Below are positions 48,991 through 62,265 of a DNA stretch of 64,000 nucleotides, piece by piece. The DNA lies in assembly GCA_002269645.1 (NCBI GenBank), contig NIVC01002093.1, positions 124,001-188,000 on the forward strand, written 5' to 3'. Position 1 is the stretch's first letter; the number at the start of each line of letters is the position of its first letter. Below the pieces are notes generated by a model that saw only the letters and a program-made list of their open reading frames with translations, ran no database searches and was not told the origin of the DNA. Source of the stretch: Macrostomum lignano (Eukaryota). The position numbers and the translations under genes are program-made.

Positions 48991-51936
48991 TCACAATATA
49001 CTAAATCTCTAAGATCTGACCGGTATTTCAGTCTACAGCCTGAATGCCTGAACCGATTTTCTTCAAACTTGCTTTATTCAATTGCAAATTCTTGTGAGAT
49101 TGTGTGGTTGTAATTGCATTGAAAAATTCGACTGGGAAGATGATTAAAAATTCAAAAAACGAGTTTTCCCAATGCTTTCAATGGGAGGCTAGAAAAGTTC
49201 AAAATCTCACTAACTGAATTTCAATTCCAATTAAGATTGCGCCACAACTTTTCCCTCTTCATTGTGTAGTAGGCCTCAGTACTGGATGCAGTGTGGAAGG
49301 GAGAGAAAAATGCTCAGTGGCGGCGTGTGTACATTTTGCTCTGGCGGACTGCATAGACAATTGCTATTTAAAGATCTCACTTAATTGTGCATTGGCTCTG
49401 CCTGCATACAACCTGTGCACACTGAACAGCCTATCAATGCTATGTATTTGACTGCAATGCCAAAGCATATATGGCTGATTTTTGCGCCCTCCAATTAGAA
49501 AGCGGAGTAGCTGCAGTGTAGGCACTAGGACTAGGTTTAGGCTAGGCGTAAGGTCCAAGGTTCGACTCTGCCTCCTTGGTGGATGATCAAAATTAAATTT
49601 ATTCATTTATAGCTTTCCCTCAACTAATTGGAATATTTTTGTTGAATTCGCAAGGCACACTTAATGAATAATTTTTGCCATATACAAAATTATTCAAATT
49701 CACTAAGCAAATTTGATTTGTAAAAAAACTGCTTCGAGCATTACTTATCGCATCAATGGGTATTGCCTACCAGCTCCAAGAAAGTATGAAATTGCTAAGC
49801 TGCTGAATTGGGTGAAAAAATGAATTGGCTGAATTGGGAAAAAACTGCCGATTTGTATCAAAAATTGATTAGTGAACTGTAATAAATGCTGAGAAAAAAT
49901 TAAGATTCTTGAAAGGATCCTTTATTTCAGTTTGATAAGTATACTGAGGAGCCCGCCGAGAGGAGAACTGCAGACTGCTGAGGGGAACTGCAGATTGGCG
50001 AAAGGATCATTCATGCAGACTGCAAAGGGGACAAACTGAAAACTGCTTAGGTAGTTCTTCCAGACTTATAAGGCTATAGCTGCAAACTGCTGAGGGGGAC
50101 TGCTTCGAGGATTGGTAGACTTCTGAGCTGTTGTTTGCTGAGGGGACAGTTCTAGGCTGCTGAGGAGATAAATGCTTAATAATTGTTATAGACTGCAAGG
50201 GGATAACTCCAAGCTGCTAAGATAATGACTGCAGTCTGTTTTGTAGGATTAGAAGGGATAATTTCAGGTTGTTGTGGGGATATCTCAGGAATTGCTAAGA
50301 TGTAATGGCTCTTTGGGGCAATTTCTGAGATTTTAAGGCCCTTGGAGCATTGCTGATATGCCATGTCTTACTGGAAGAATTGCTTGAATTGAGGTTTCAA
50401 AGACTTATGAGGGGAAGTGTTGAGATTACAAAGCTGAAGGGGGGGAAATGCTGCAATTGCTTTCTTTTGGGGGATGCTTGCTATTTAGGAATTTAGAATG
50501 CGTATTTGTGCCAAGACTGCCGATATGTATCGAAAAGTAGTGAACCGATTAGATAATCGTACTAAATTGTTAGCAAATTTTTTTTGTAGAAAATATCATT
50601 GCAGTTTGCTAAGCAGGAGACTGAGAAGCTGGCCAACAGGAGAACTGCAGATTGTCAAAAGGATCATTCATGCAAACTGCAAAGGGGACAAACTGCAAAC
50701 TGCTAAGGTAGTTCCTCCAGACATATAGATCATATCGTCTGAACGATCATATCATAGATGTAAAAATGTGAGATGTGCAGACGGAGTTCCTCCAGACCAT
50801 ATTCAGAAGCAATGATATGATCTTTGCTCCAGACTTATGAGCGTATGGCTGCAAACTGCTGAGGTGGTAATTGTGGACTACTGTGGACTGCTGAGTAAAT
50901 TATTGTTTGCTGTTGGGACAATCTAGGCCGCTAGAATGACTGCAGTCTGTTTTTTGGGATTGGAAGGGATAATTTCAGGTTCTTGTGGAGACATCTCAGG
51001 AATTACTGAGATGTCAAGGCTTACTGGTTGAATTGCTGAGATGTCATGGCTGTTTGGGGTAATTTCTGAAAATTTCAAGGCTCATGGGAATTTCTGAGAT
51101 GTCAAGGCTTACTAAGGAAATTCTTGAGATGTTAAGATGTCAAGGCTTATTGAGAGAATTACTGAGATGTCAAGGCTTATTGGGGGAATTTCTGAATGGC
51201 AAGGCTTATTGGTAGAATTGCTGAGATTTGATGGCTTTTTGGGGTAATTTCTGAGACTTCAAGGCTCACGGAGAATTGCTCAGATGTCAAGGCTTACTGG
51301 GGGAATTACTGAGATTTCAAGGCTTACTGGAGGAATTTCCGAGATGTCAAGGCTTACTGGCCTAGGAGAATTGCGTAGATGTCAAGGCTCAAGTTTAATT
51401 GCTGATGTCGATGCTTACTGAGGGAATTTCTCAGATGTCAAGGCTCGTGGGGGATGGCTGAATTGTTGAGATATCAAGGCTCATTGGGGAGTGGCTGAAT
51501 TTTTGGGGGGAGGGGGTTAGGTTGTTGAGCGATTGTCAGATCGTCAAGTAGTACGGCTCAAGTGGATCATTTAATTTGATGATGGAATAGTACACAAAAA
51601 TAATGCCCATTTCTGCTAATAGGAAATAAAAAAATCAGAGATTGGCATATTGAGCTCCTGCTGCAGACCAGAATATGCCCAAGCCAATGAAGATATGCAC
51701 TAAGAGTTTGTGCTTAAAAGGATAAGCACTATTTGCTGATTGAAAAAGGGTTTTAGGCTGATGAAGGAAATATTTTAGGCTGGTGAAAGTCTTGATTCAT
51801 TGCAATTTATTTTTGCCAGTAAGCGAAAAAGTAACTTTTGATTAATGGAAATTGAAATTAATGGTTATTCTTGGGTCAAAATAAAAACCACTTGGTGTCA
51901 ATTTTAAGGCCCCCCAGCGGGGGGCTAAATGGCTAG
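48991..51936 (+). mobile_element. Non-autonomous Helitron family A variant, head-to-tail
   Basis: tcacaatatactaaatctc start directly after CTAG; ends hairpin-CTAG. Confidence 0.87.
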
Positions 51937-52417
51937 TCTATATACTAATTTTGCGCTGTATTCGTGCGTGCGTGCGTGTAATTGATTTTTTCGAGAATGG
52001 CTCAACCGATTGTCTTCAAACTTGCACCATTCGATCAGAAATTTTCCTGGGATGGTGCATCATGCATCTTGGCTAAGAAAGTGATCAATATTAAAGGGAT
52101 TAAATATTCGAAAAACAGGATTTTCTGCAAAGGTCAAGCAGCTCTTTCGACCTGAAATGCATTGTAAGAATGCTAGAGAAAAACCTGACTGACTGAATTT
52201 CAATTCTGATAAAGATTGCATCACAGCAAGTTGAAAACAGTGCCAAAGAAATGCACACACGACTTGATTTAAATTGCGTAACCGTAATGCTAACTTAAAT
52301 TGAGACTGATATTGGCTGACTGAGAAATTGATTATGTCATAACTTTTTACTCTAACCGATTTGCCATAAGAATTGAATTATAAGGGCCACAATTCATGTT
52401 CTCCAATCGACAAGAGA

Positions 52418-52480
52418 TAGCCTAGATGCGAACAGACTGGACTGCTAATTCAGCGACCTGGGTTCGAATCTTAGTAGTGC
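52418..52480 (+). ncRNA. tRNA-Ser(GCT)-like remnant inside Helitron B
   Basis: Stem ctgga/ttcag with loop ctGCTaa; T arm ctggg-ttcgaat-cttag; no acceptor stem, so not a functional tRNA. Confidence 0.45.
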
Positions 52481-52709
52481 AAAATAATTTTTCATTAAAA
52501 CATCTTAAAAAATAAATGTTAAACATAAAAGAAGCACAATGTCAAACAAAAATGGCACCATTTCAAACATTAAAGGCCACCATGTCAAACATATATGTGA
52601 CTCCATGTCTAACGTTAAAGAGCCACCATGTCAAACAATAAAGAGCCACCATGTCGAACATAAAAGAGCCACCATGTCAAACACAAAACAGCTACCATGT
52701 CAAACATAA

Positions 52710-53840
52710 ATGGGGTGCCTACTATCTTGGAGTGCTTGCTATCTGGAGATGCGTGCTATCTGGGGGTGCTTGCTATCTAAGGGTGCTTGCTATTAGGTGG
52801 ATGCTTGCTATTAGGTGGATGCTTGCTATCTAGGGTGCCTGCTATGTTGGAGTGCTTGCTATCTGGAGATGCGTGCTATCTGGGGGTGCTTGCTATCTGG
52901 AGATGCGTGCTATCTGGGGGTGCTTGCTATCTGGGGGTGCTTGCTATTAGGTGGATGCTCGCTATCTGGGGGTGCTTGCTATTAGGTGGATGCTTGCTAT
53001 CTGGAGATGCGTGCTATCTTGGAGTGATTGCTATCTGGGGGTGCTTGCTATCTGGGGGTGCTTGCTATCTAAGGGTGCTTGCTATCTAAGGGTGCTTGCT
53101 ATTAGGTGGAAGCTTGCTATCTTGGGGTGCTTGCTATTAGGTGGATGCTTGCTATCTGGGGTGCCTGCTATGTTGGAGTGCTTGCTATCTTGAGATGCGT
53201 GCTATCTGGGGGTGCTTGCTATCTCGGGGGGATGCTTGCTATCTTGGGGGTTCTAGCTATCTGGGGGTGCTTGCTATTAGGTGGATGCTTGCTATCTGGG
53301 GTGCCTGCTATCTTGGAGTGCTTGCTATCTGAAGATGCGTGCTATCTGGGGGTGCTTGCTATCTGGGGGTGCTTGCTATCTGGGGGTGCTTGCTATCTAA
53401 GGGTGCTTGCTATTAGGTGGATGCTTGCTATCTGGGGTGCCTGCTATCTGGGGGTGCTTGCTACCTGGGGATGCTTGCTATCTAAGGGTGCTTGCTATCT
53501 TGGGGTGCTTGCTTTCTAAGGGTGCTTGCTATTAAGTGGATGCTTGTTATCTTGGGGTGCTTGCTATTAGGTGGATGCTTGCTATCTGGGGTGCCTGCTA
53601 TCTGGGGGGTGCTTGCTATCTGGAGATGCTTGCTATCTAAGGGTGCTTGCTATTAGGTGGATGCTTGCTATCTTGGGGTGCTTGCTTTCTAAGGGTGCTT
53701 GCTATTAAGTGGATGCTTGTTATCTTGGGGTGCTTGCTATTAGGTGGATGCTTGCTATCTGGGGTGCCTGCTATCTGGGGGTGCTTGCTATCTGGAGATG
53801 CTTGCTATCTGGGGGTGCTTGCTATCTGGGGGGTTGCTTG
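52710..53840. repeat. Expanded gtgcttgctatctggg minisatellite
   Basis: Direct reading. Confidence 0.95.
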
Positions 53841-54019
53841 CTGTCCTGGGATGTTTTCTTTTTGCATTGCACTTCATTTGAGCAGTTTTTCTATTGTCTA
53901 TGTGAAGGCTTTATTTGGCCGTCTTTTTGATACTTGTAGAGAGCCAGAGATTCTATCTAGATGCCCCCCATCGGGGGGCGAAGATTGCTAGTGTTTTCTA
54001 AAACAAAACGCTTTCGCAG

Positions 54020-54286
54020 GGGAATGGGGTAGAGTGAGGTGAGGGAGTGGGGTAAAGTGAGGAGAAGGAGTGGGGTAGAGTGAGAAGAGGGAGTGGGTAG
54101 AGTGAGGAGAGGGGGTGGGGTAGAGTGAGGAGAGGGAGTGGGGTAGAGTGAGAAGAGGGAGTGGGGTAGAGTGAGGAGAGGGAGTGGGTAGAGTAAGAAG
54201 AGGGAGTGGGGTAGAGTGAGGAGAGGGAGTGGGGTAGAGTGAGGAGAGGGAGTGGGGTAGAGTGAGGATAGGGAGTGGGGTAGAGT
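54020..54286. repeat. ~23-bp purine-rich minisatellite (gagggagtggggtagagtgagga)
   Basis: Direct reading. Confidence 0.95.
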
Positions 54287-55324
54287 TTGCAAACAATATT
54301 CCTAACAAAAAACATAACGATCCTACCTACATCGCCGAAGAGGTTTACATTATGCTGGTCTGGACCCCTTCTCTTCGGTGGAAAAAATCAGAAGTAAAAA
54401 TGCATTTACACACGGGATTTAAAAGAAAGGGCAATCTAACAAACAGTCGGAATCATGTAAATAAATTAAACTAAAAAGTCAGGCTCATCTGGATGGAATG
54501 GTAAGAGATGAGCTCTCCCAGCGAAACAAGTCCACGTGTCACGACTCACCAGCCCTCCCCCATTGTGAAACTTAAAATAAAAACGCAGTAAATCAAGGCT
54601 GGTCAAGACTTGAGTTATTTAAATCAACACAGAAGAGCCAAAACTTTGCCATATATTTGTCCTTCTACAGTTGCCAACAAACCCTCCTCCTTTCTCATCC
54701 GGGTTTTTGTAAAGACTTCACTTTAAGTGGATGAACGACCCTTTGCGAGAACACGCTAAACGACACAATATACATTTTCAGTCGATGCCGAAGTGTGCAC
54801 GTAACGATTGTGCAATGGATTAGGGGACTGCAAGTCAACGCAAGTTGCAAAGTGATAGAAGCGCACCCATGACAAGTCAGTTGAGGGGGGGGAAACTAAG
54901 CCATAACACGAGGTGCATAGAGTACATTACACACGCAACCCCACCCGCAGCGCACAAGCCAAGTCACCACAATTTTTACCTCTTATTTCACAGTATATGA
55001 ATTCACTATCAATGAAAAGGAACGGAAGAGGTAATCGTCAAGAAGAAACTAACCTCTATCGCTGTACTATAGAGTGTCGTAGTCGTATCCAAATCCTCAT
55101 CGGCCATACTAAATCTGAAGAGATAAGTGAGATAAATTCCCGTATTCATCGATACATCGGTCATCGCGAAATCGACCCTCCCTCCTACCCTCCACCCCTC
55201 CCTCCTACCCTCCACCCCTCCCTCTTACCCTCCACCCCTCCCTCCTACCCTCCACCCCTCTCTCCTTCCCTCCACCCCTCTCTCCTTCCCTCCACCCCTC
55301 CCTCCTTCCGGACGGTCCGGACGG

Positions 55325-55896
55325 TCATTGAGTTTTAAGTTTCGGTACGTCCGCTCAAGTACCTCTTACAACTGCCTGTCATAGGCCTTGGCTGTAAACC
55401 CATGGATGTATAGGGCATAGGGCAAGTGCCATTTTCCTAGCGCACGGTGTATGTTCTTGAGCCCTTTCGGAGTCTATTAACTTTCAGGCGGTGCATCGTT
55501 GCGAAGCTGGGACACAATCTTTTTGGATCAACCCGCGGCCGCCTCTACTCCACCCATTCGGCGTGAAATTGGGTGGTCGGGCAGGCAGTGACGTGAGGTG
55601 CGCCCCCGCAGGTAGGGCCCGAACTTTATAGAGATGTCGGGGCCCTGGACGACAACGTCTACCTTAGTAATGTGTTTTCGTTTGGCATAGGGCTTGCACT
55701 TTTGTTTGACCTCTAATTCAGCCTCCTCCTCTTCCGAATCACTCCCGCTGGCCTCTTCTGAATCCGCGTCTGCCTGCTCTTCGGAGGCCTGGTTGTCCGT
55801 TTCGGGTTCGTAGTCCGCATCAAGATCCACATCGTCCATTTCGTGGTCCTCCGACGAATCAGAGTCAGGAGGTACAACAGCCTTGCGCTTGGGTGC
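55325..55896 (-). pseudogene. Degenerate paralogue of the 60677-61611 exon
   Basis: KRKAVVPPDSDSS..DDVDLDADYEP; AEWVE*RRPRVDP; stops and a deletion. Confidence 0.8.
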
Positions 55897-56001
55897 CTGC
55901 AATGAATTGGAAGGAAGAAAAAAGTCTATATATGAATGTAGTGGACTAACAGGGCTTACTAGGGTCAATAAAGTGAGCAGAACAATCTACTTATGCCCAT
56001 G

Positions 56002-56160
56002 TTAAACCATAAGTTGCAGCATCTTGTGAAGCCGGGCCAGCTTATACCGGCCTTCTTCAGTGTTTGGGTAAAGGGCCTCAAAAGCCGTTTTGAAGGCCTC
56101 ATTACCGGACAGCAACGTGGAGAGCACGGGCGTGTAAACACTGAGGCACGTAGGCACTAA
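56002..56160 (-). pseudogene. Paralogous fragment of the 59690-60240 exon
   Basis: VYTPVLSTLLSGNEAFKTAFEALYPNTEEGRYKLARLHKMLQ. Confidence 0.8.
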
Positions 56161-58370
56161 TTTAATCAATTTCCAGCATTTATCCACAAAATAATTGTGT
56201 GTTGTGCCTACTATTTCAAAGATTGAAGTTTCGGTACGTGCGCTCATTTATCGGGATGTCTGGATTGCTGCGTTGATTTCTGTCAGAATTGCTGCGTGGA
56301 TTGCTGTCTCTGCATTGTTGCGTTGAAGTTTGCCTTAGTTGCTGCTGGGTATATTACTGCCTGGATTGCTGTCTAATTGCTGCGTCAATCCGTGCCTCAA
56401 TTGCTTCTTTATTAATCTAATACACTGACCAAAACGGGCTCTCTAAATCTTATACTTATACCAGTAAAAACGAAAATCGAAAACGAAAAATTTAAGAGGT
56501 CAATTTTCCAAGGAATTTAGAGGGTCAAAATTTCCAAGAAAAATCAGTCTAGATTTTTCATTATCCGGACTCAGTAGCTGAGGCTGATGGCTGCCGGACT
56601 CAGTAGCTGGGGCTGATGCACCGCCGCCGGACTCAGTAGATAGTGATCGTTTTTCTAGTGTTCAATTGCAACAATGAAATAGTATTTTATATTAGCACAT
56701 ATAATGTTTCCTGGCCAAATACTACCTTTATAACAAGAGTTGCGTTCCTCGGGATTTATTCAACATAGTGTTAAAGATGACATAGAATTGAACCTGTGTT
56801 GAAAACGAAAAACGAAAATTAATTAATGACCCAGTCTTGGAACCTTTTGTTCTACACTATTTCAAACCTTTAAAACCCCTCTATGGTTATCCATGAATAA
56901 CAATTGTTGATTTTATTCACGAAATCGAAATCTGAATGCGTTTTCCTTAAGTCATGGCGATTTGATTTACACATGTGCATTTTGGAAAGTTAAGCTCAGA
57001 TTTTTGTGAGCCTAAAAAATTAAAAATTGTACTTCTGCCGCGAGACCGCTCTGAACGACTGGAAATGAAGTGAATAAGCACTGTACGAAGTACCGCAGTT
57101 GAACTCATTATATTAAGGCTAAAAATGGGATTCTTCAAATTTCACCGTCACACATAATTGACCGGCATAAATAAGGGGTCAATCTTTGACCCGGTGAATT
57201 CTCGAAGTTGAAGCCATTATAGTAATGCAGAAAATGGGCTGTTCGGATTTGACCCCGTCGCAAAATTAACTGGCATAATTAATGCGCAAAATATTGAAAC
57301 AGTAAAATGTGCTTTATATTTCATAATATTTCACAGTTTGAGAAGGATTCAATTCTCAGAATGTTTAGTGTATAACAAACGAACATGAAGCTTTTCCAAA
57401 TGAGTTTATGGTTTTGATTGAAATTAATAGACTTAATTGTTATTCTGCTTTTTTATTGACGGTGCGAATTAAAGGAAGGACTGGTAAATAAAGGAAAATA
57501 AGAAAATAAAGCAAAGCAAATTCACTGTATGAACTGTATGAACAAATTCAGCATTGTACCTTTATTTTTGCCTCTCTACTCGTGTAATTTGGCCCCTTTT
57601 GTGCCTTTTAGTATAAGCATTGCTGCTTTTTAATCTCCCGTCAATAGCCTAATTATTGTCCCCGTTAATAGCTAATTTGTGCCTCCCAGACAGGTATAAC
57701 AGTGCCTTTCCGCATTTCCCTGCCAGATTTGTTAATTTTTCATGCGAATTAAAATGTCACATTATTAATAAAGAGAACGAATTCGATACAAGTAAAACGT
57801 TTGTAAAGCAGCACAAAATAAGCAAAAGGAAAAAATATCTCATGTACAATTGCATGCTAGTCCCTCTAAGAGAAGTATTATTATAGTTGTGTAGCTAAAA
57901 CTTCATAATATTGTTATTATATTGTTTTTAGGCCCCTTTTGTGCCCTTTTGGAATAAGCATTGCTGCTGTTTAATCTCCCGTTATTAGCCCAATTCGGCC
58001 CCCGTTAATAAATAATTTCTGCTTCCCAACCAGATTTCTGCCTCCCCATTTCTCTGCCAGAGTGTCATAATTAAACTAATTGAGTTCGCAAAGCACACGC
58101 GTAAAAGTTTAGCGCAAATGAAAATCAGAAGACTAAGCAAAGCACAAAGAAAAAGCAAACAAATTAAATTTTATTTTAAAACCGATATCAGGTCTCTATA
58201 CTGGTTTTTGTAGATTCGTAGCTAACGGCGACTGCGTGTCCTCTTTTTATTGGGAGCTCGTGCGTCCGGATTTGTACTCTGGAAGTATTTTGTTATTATA
58301 CGGTTTATAATTCGAAAGTCGATTTATACTTTTCTACATTTCTATTGTTAGAGCATTTTTACACACTTAC

Positions 58371-59095
58371 AGCTTTTGGACCGCTCTGGGTCTGTCCGCT
58401 GCCGCTTAGCGACTCGCGTAAGGCGCGGGCTGGCACTATTGTCCGGAGAACTACGGGACGCGGAGGCGGACGCGGAGGCGGACGCGGAGGCGGACGCGGA
58501 GGCCGACTGTGTCGACGCAGTGCTGCATAGAGAAATAAAGAACTGACTGTGAAAAAATTCACCGTGTCTGAAAAAGGTCTGTATGAAGGTCAAATATGTG
58601 GTAGGAAAATTTTACCTTTCCGTGCCCGTGGGTTCGTCGGCAGCAGTAGTCCCCCTTTTGGCTCGTGAGGGCCTTTTGCCTTTGCCGGAGGCGGGGGCGA
58701 ATGCGGCAGCTGTCGCACTGTTGAATGGAGAAATATAGAAGTAAGTGTGAAATTAATTGACAGTATTCAAAAATATCTGTATGATGCTCAAATATGCGAT
58801 AGGATAATCTTACCTTTCCCTGCTTGTGGACTGCTTGGTGGCAGCGCTCTCCTTACCAGGTGCGCGCTTTTTGCCTCTGCCTGAGGCGGGAGCGGATTCG
58901 TCTGAGGCGGGGGCGGATTCGCCGGCCGTCGCACTGTTAAATGGAGAAAAATAGAGGCAAGTGTCGAAATAATTGACAGTATCTAACAATGTCTGTATGA
59001 TGGTCAAGTATGTGGTAGGAAAATTTTACCTTTCCGTTCTGGTGAGCGCTCGCGCGTCGGCAGCGGCAGTGTCCCTGTCTGCAATTCCTGGCGCA
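58371..59095 (-). CDS. Four tandem small exons (59095-59030, 58933-58814, 58717-58616, 58522-58371) of a low-complexity A/S/P/K-rich protein
   Basis: Homologous introns with ..caacag|T acceptors and GAAAG|GTAA donors; the first three exons are phase 2-2 (66, 120, 102 bp). Confidence 0.6.
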
Positions 59096-59689
59096 CTGTT
59101 GGATGGAGAAATATAGAAAGAAGCATGAAAACAATTGACCTAGTGTAAAGGTGTCTCAATGATGGTGAGTTTTGTCGTGCGAAGAATTTACCTCTGTCTG
59201 GCTGAGGGCACTAGGGCGTTGGCGGCAGTCTTTGAGATCGTGGAGGGCTCCGTCGGCGCTTGGGCGTCGGCGACGGACTTGGCGATTTTGACGGCTGGGC
59301 GTCAGAACTAGTGGTTGGAAGGAGATAGATATGATGGCGTAAAGCATTGATCAGGCTATAGGATACCTGTATGTGGGTTAATTAATTAATAAGTAGCATT
59401 TTAACTGCTCGCAGCCGAAGCATTGCGCCTCTGCGACTGAGGAGAAGTCTCTTTTTGCTTCCTTGCCCGGCGCTGTGCTGTCACAGTGTCGTCAATCTAA
59501 ATAATTGGCGAATAGTTTTGGTGCATTTTCAGCTGGCGATACAGAATAGGTTCTTTGAACCTATTTAGTCCTTATCTAAATTCAATTTATGATGAATGGC
59601 TTGGAGAATACGAAGAAGGATTAAAAACTCGAGTTCAATAAACATTTACGCTTGGAGTCAATGAAGTATGCTGTAATATAACACTTACC

Positions 59690-60240
59690 CATTGGACCTG
59701 CAGATTTTCCTTTATCACCTCGGCCTTTAACTGTCTTGCAAACAGCGTCTCGTGGGTCCTTAATTGGCTTGGGCTCGGCTCATCGGGCATTGGAACGTAG
59801 TGGGGTAAGCAGGCATAGTCGAAACGCTCTTGATCGGAGGCAGCGTTGGCATACTTGCTCACAGTTTCATGCAGCACTCGTAAGTTGGCTCCCATCTTCA
59901 TAGTAAGATTACATAACAAAGCCACGAGGTCGGGCGCTTCCATATATTGCAGCATCTTGTGAAGCCGGGCCAGCTTGTACCGGCCTTCCACAGTGTTTGG
60001 GTAAAGGGCGTCAAACGCCGTTTTGAAGGCCTCATTACCGACAGCAACGTGGCGAGCACGGGCGTGTAAACGTGCTGCCAACGGCTTGGAGGCGTGGTAA
60101 CGAAAGAACCGAACTCGTCTACTCTGCCCCAATAGCGGAACGGGCTGACGAAAACGTTGTGAGCCGGCGCTTCCGCTGCTGTGGCCGCCGCTGCCGTGTC
60201 TGCAGGCGCACTCGCTGCTGCTGCTGCTGCTTCTTCTTGC
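59690..60240 (-). pseudogene. Exon of an unknown protein with a 1-bp deletion near 60040
   Basis: VSPFRYWGRVDEFGSF..HVYTPVLATLLS/GNEAFKTAFDALYP..; the paralogue at 56.1 kb shows the intact frame. Confidence 0.65.
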
Positions 60241-60676
60241 AGACGCACCGTCTTCTTTTAGGTTCATTTTTTCTAAGGCTGCACAGGTCGAAGGAGCGCT
60301 GCAGAAAAGCAAAAAATGACAGATTTAGTTTTGATATACTCGTACATGTCAATACGACGCTTGTAACATTTTATGTACGTAAACTTTTAGCGGGGTACGT
60401 ACACGTGCGTACATTTGGATACCCAGTATACTGGATATGGAGTAGTGCCATTGAATTCAAAGAAAAGGTTCAAATTTGGATTGTGATAATTTTAAAACTT
60501 TAAACAGATTTTCTTAAATGCGGCAACAATGAGAATTGCGCTTTTAGTGCCGCGAAATTAACATCATTAGTTTACAGTTCCCATGGTAAAATTTTTCTGT
60601 GTAAGTCAGAAAGTGACTAGTTAAGGGCTATATTCAAGATAATTAAGATAAACATAATATGCGGTAGCGTGCTTAC

Positions 60677-61611
60677 CACACCCGGAACTCTGCTATGCTG
60701 CGCGTCGGCCCCGGCGCTAGCGACGCGTTGAGCTGCACCGTCCATGAAGCGTTCGGCGGCGGCCTTGACATGGTCGGGGACGGGCCGTTCCGGGTCCAGC
60801 CCGACCAACTCCGCAAAGTACATATATACTTGATCGCGGAAATCCTCCGCCGCCTGAACGACATCTTTGCCCAGCTCGATCAGCGCGTCTGCTTCTTCTT
60901 CGGTGATGGGTGCGTACCACATTAGGTTGTCTGCTGCAATGAGTTCGTCGTTTGGCGCCCGTCGCAAATGCTGCTCAGGGCGCGAAAAGAAGTATCTGTA
61001 GAAATAATCTGGACGCTCATTGAGATTCAAGTTTTGGTACGTTCGCTCGAGTACTTGTTGCAACTGCCTGTCATAGGCTTTCGCCGTAAAGCCGTGAATG
61101 AATAGGGCGTATGGCAAGTTGTCGAAGTAACAGAGCGCTGCTGTGCCATTTTCCGAGCGGACGGTGTACGTTCTAGAGCCCTTTCGGAGTCTATTGACTT
61201 TGAGGCGGTGCGTTGTTGCCAAGCAGGGACAAAGTATTCTCGGATCAACCCGCGGCCGCCTTAACTCCACCCATTCGGCGTGGAATTCGGTGGCCGGGCA
61301 GGCAGCGACCTGAACTTCGCCCGCGAAGGTAGGGCTCGCACTTTATACTGATGTCCGGGGCCCTGGAGGACAATGTCTTTCTTAGTAAGATATTGTCGTT
61401 TCTTATAGGGCTTGCGCTGTTGCTTCACTTCTTTTTCGGCGTCCTCCTCTTCTGAGTCACTCTCCCTGGCCTCTTATAAATCCGCGTCGGCCTCCTCTTC
61501 GAACGCTTCGTTCTCCGGATTGGGTTCATAATCGGCATCGAGGTCGACATCATCAGTGACGCGCTCCTTGTCCGATGAATCAGATGATTCCGGAGGTACA
61601 ACGGGCTTGCG
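60677..61611 (-). pseudogene. Exon of an unknown protein: acidic/NLS region then a globular domain
   Basis: Acceptor at 61612-3, donor GTAAGC at 60676; ORF 60617..61270; in-frame TAA and a frameshift upstream. Confidence 0.65.
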
Positions 61612-61666
61612 CTTTAAAAATAAGACTCGAAACTTAGAAAATAAAAGTAGAAACTGCTGGGCTCAC

Positions 61667-62265
61667 CGAATGTGCTCACCATTCGGACGGCGGTCAGGAA
61701 AAATGACGATGCGAGCATCACCCAGCTCGGGCTGCTCCTTTATTCGCTGCTTTGTAGCTTTCAGGCTCCGCACATATGAATTGCAATCGTGCAGCACGGC
61801 CTGCAGCAGGTTCAGCAGATCCCGATCCAGATGCTCACTGAGCTTCAAGCGATTCTCCAGCTCCTTTTCAGTGTAGTACACCTGCCAGCCATGCGCCACA
61901 GCCTGTTCACAAGCGTACAGAGGCGGAATGTTGTGGAACAGCTCACCACTGAGGATGAAGTTCGGGCAGTAGCCTCTTGTCGGTCTCAGGTTAGCCTTTA
62001 TCGACGTGAGGTGCAGCGCAGCGTTGTAACTTCTGATGTTCTCCAGGAAATCGCGGCTTAGAGTGTGGCGCCCAGCAGATGCAGAATGCGCTCATGCAGA
62101 ACTGCTGGTACGATCTTCACGGGTAGCTTGAGCTTGCCGGCTGCACAGCAGAGTCCTGGCGCCTCGCCTTCCCAGCGCAGAGCACTGCATTGTCCACAAG
62201 GCAAACACATCCGGCCCAGCTGATGCGCCTGTGTTCAGGCTTAAATGGCCTGTTGAAAGTGAAAG
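61667..62265 (-). pseudogene. Helitron Rep/helicase N-terminal region, frameshifted and truncated
   Basis: CGQCSALRWEGEAPGLCCAAGKLKLP; FLENIRSYN; LQAVLHDCNSYVRSLK; DRRPNGEHIR then a GTGAG donor. Confidence 0.88.

Larger units (their letters stand above)
51937..53991 (+). mobile_element. Non-autonomous Helitron family B, second copy
   Basis: TCTATATACTAA start; end cccccatcggggggcgaagattgCTAG|T. Confidence 0.87.

Noticed and set aside
41214-53991. Cys/Leu/Gly-rich ORFs such as GCLLSGGACYL repeats
   Set aside because: Minisatellite translations with variable unit length, open in several frames
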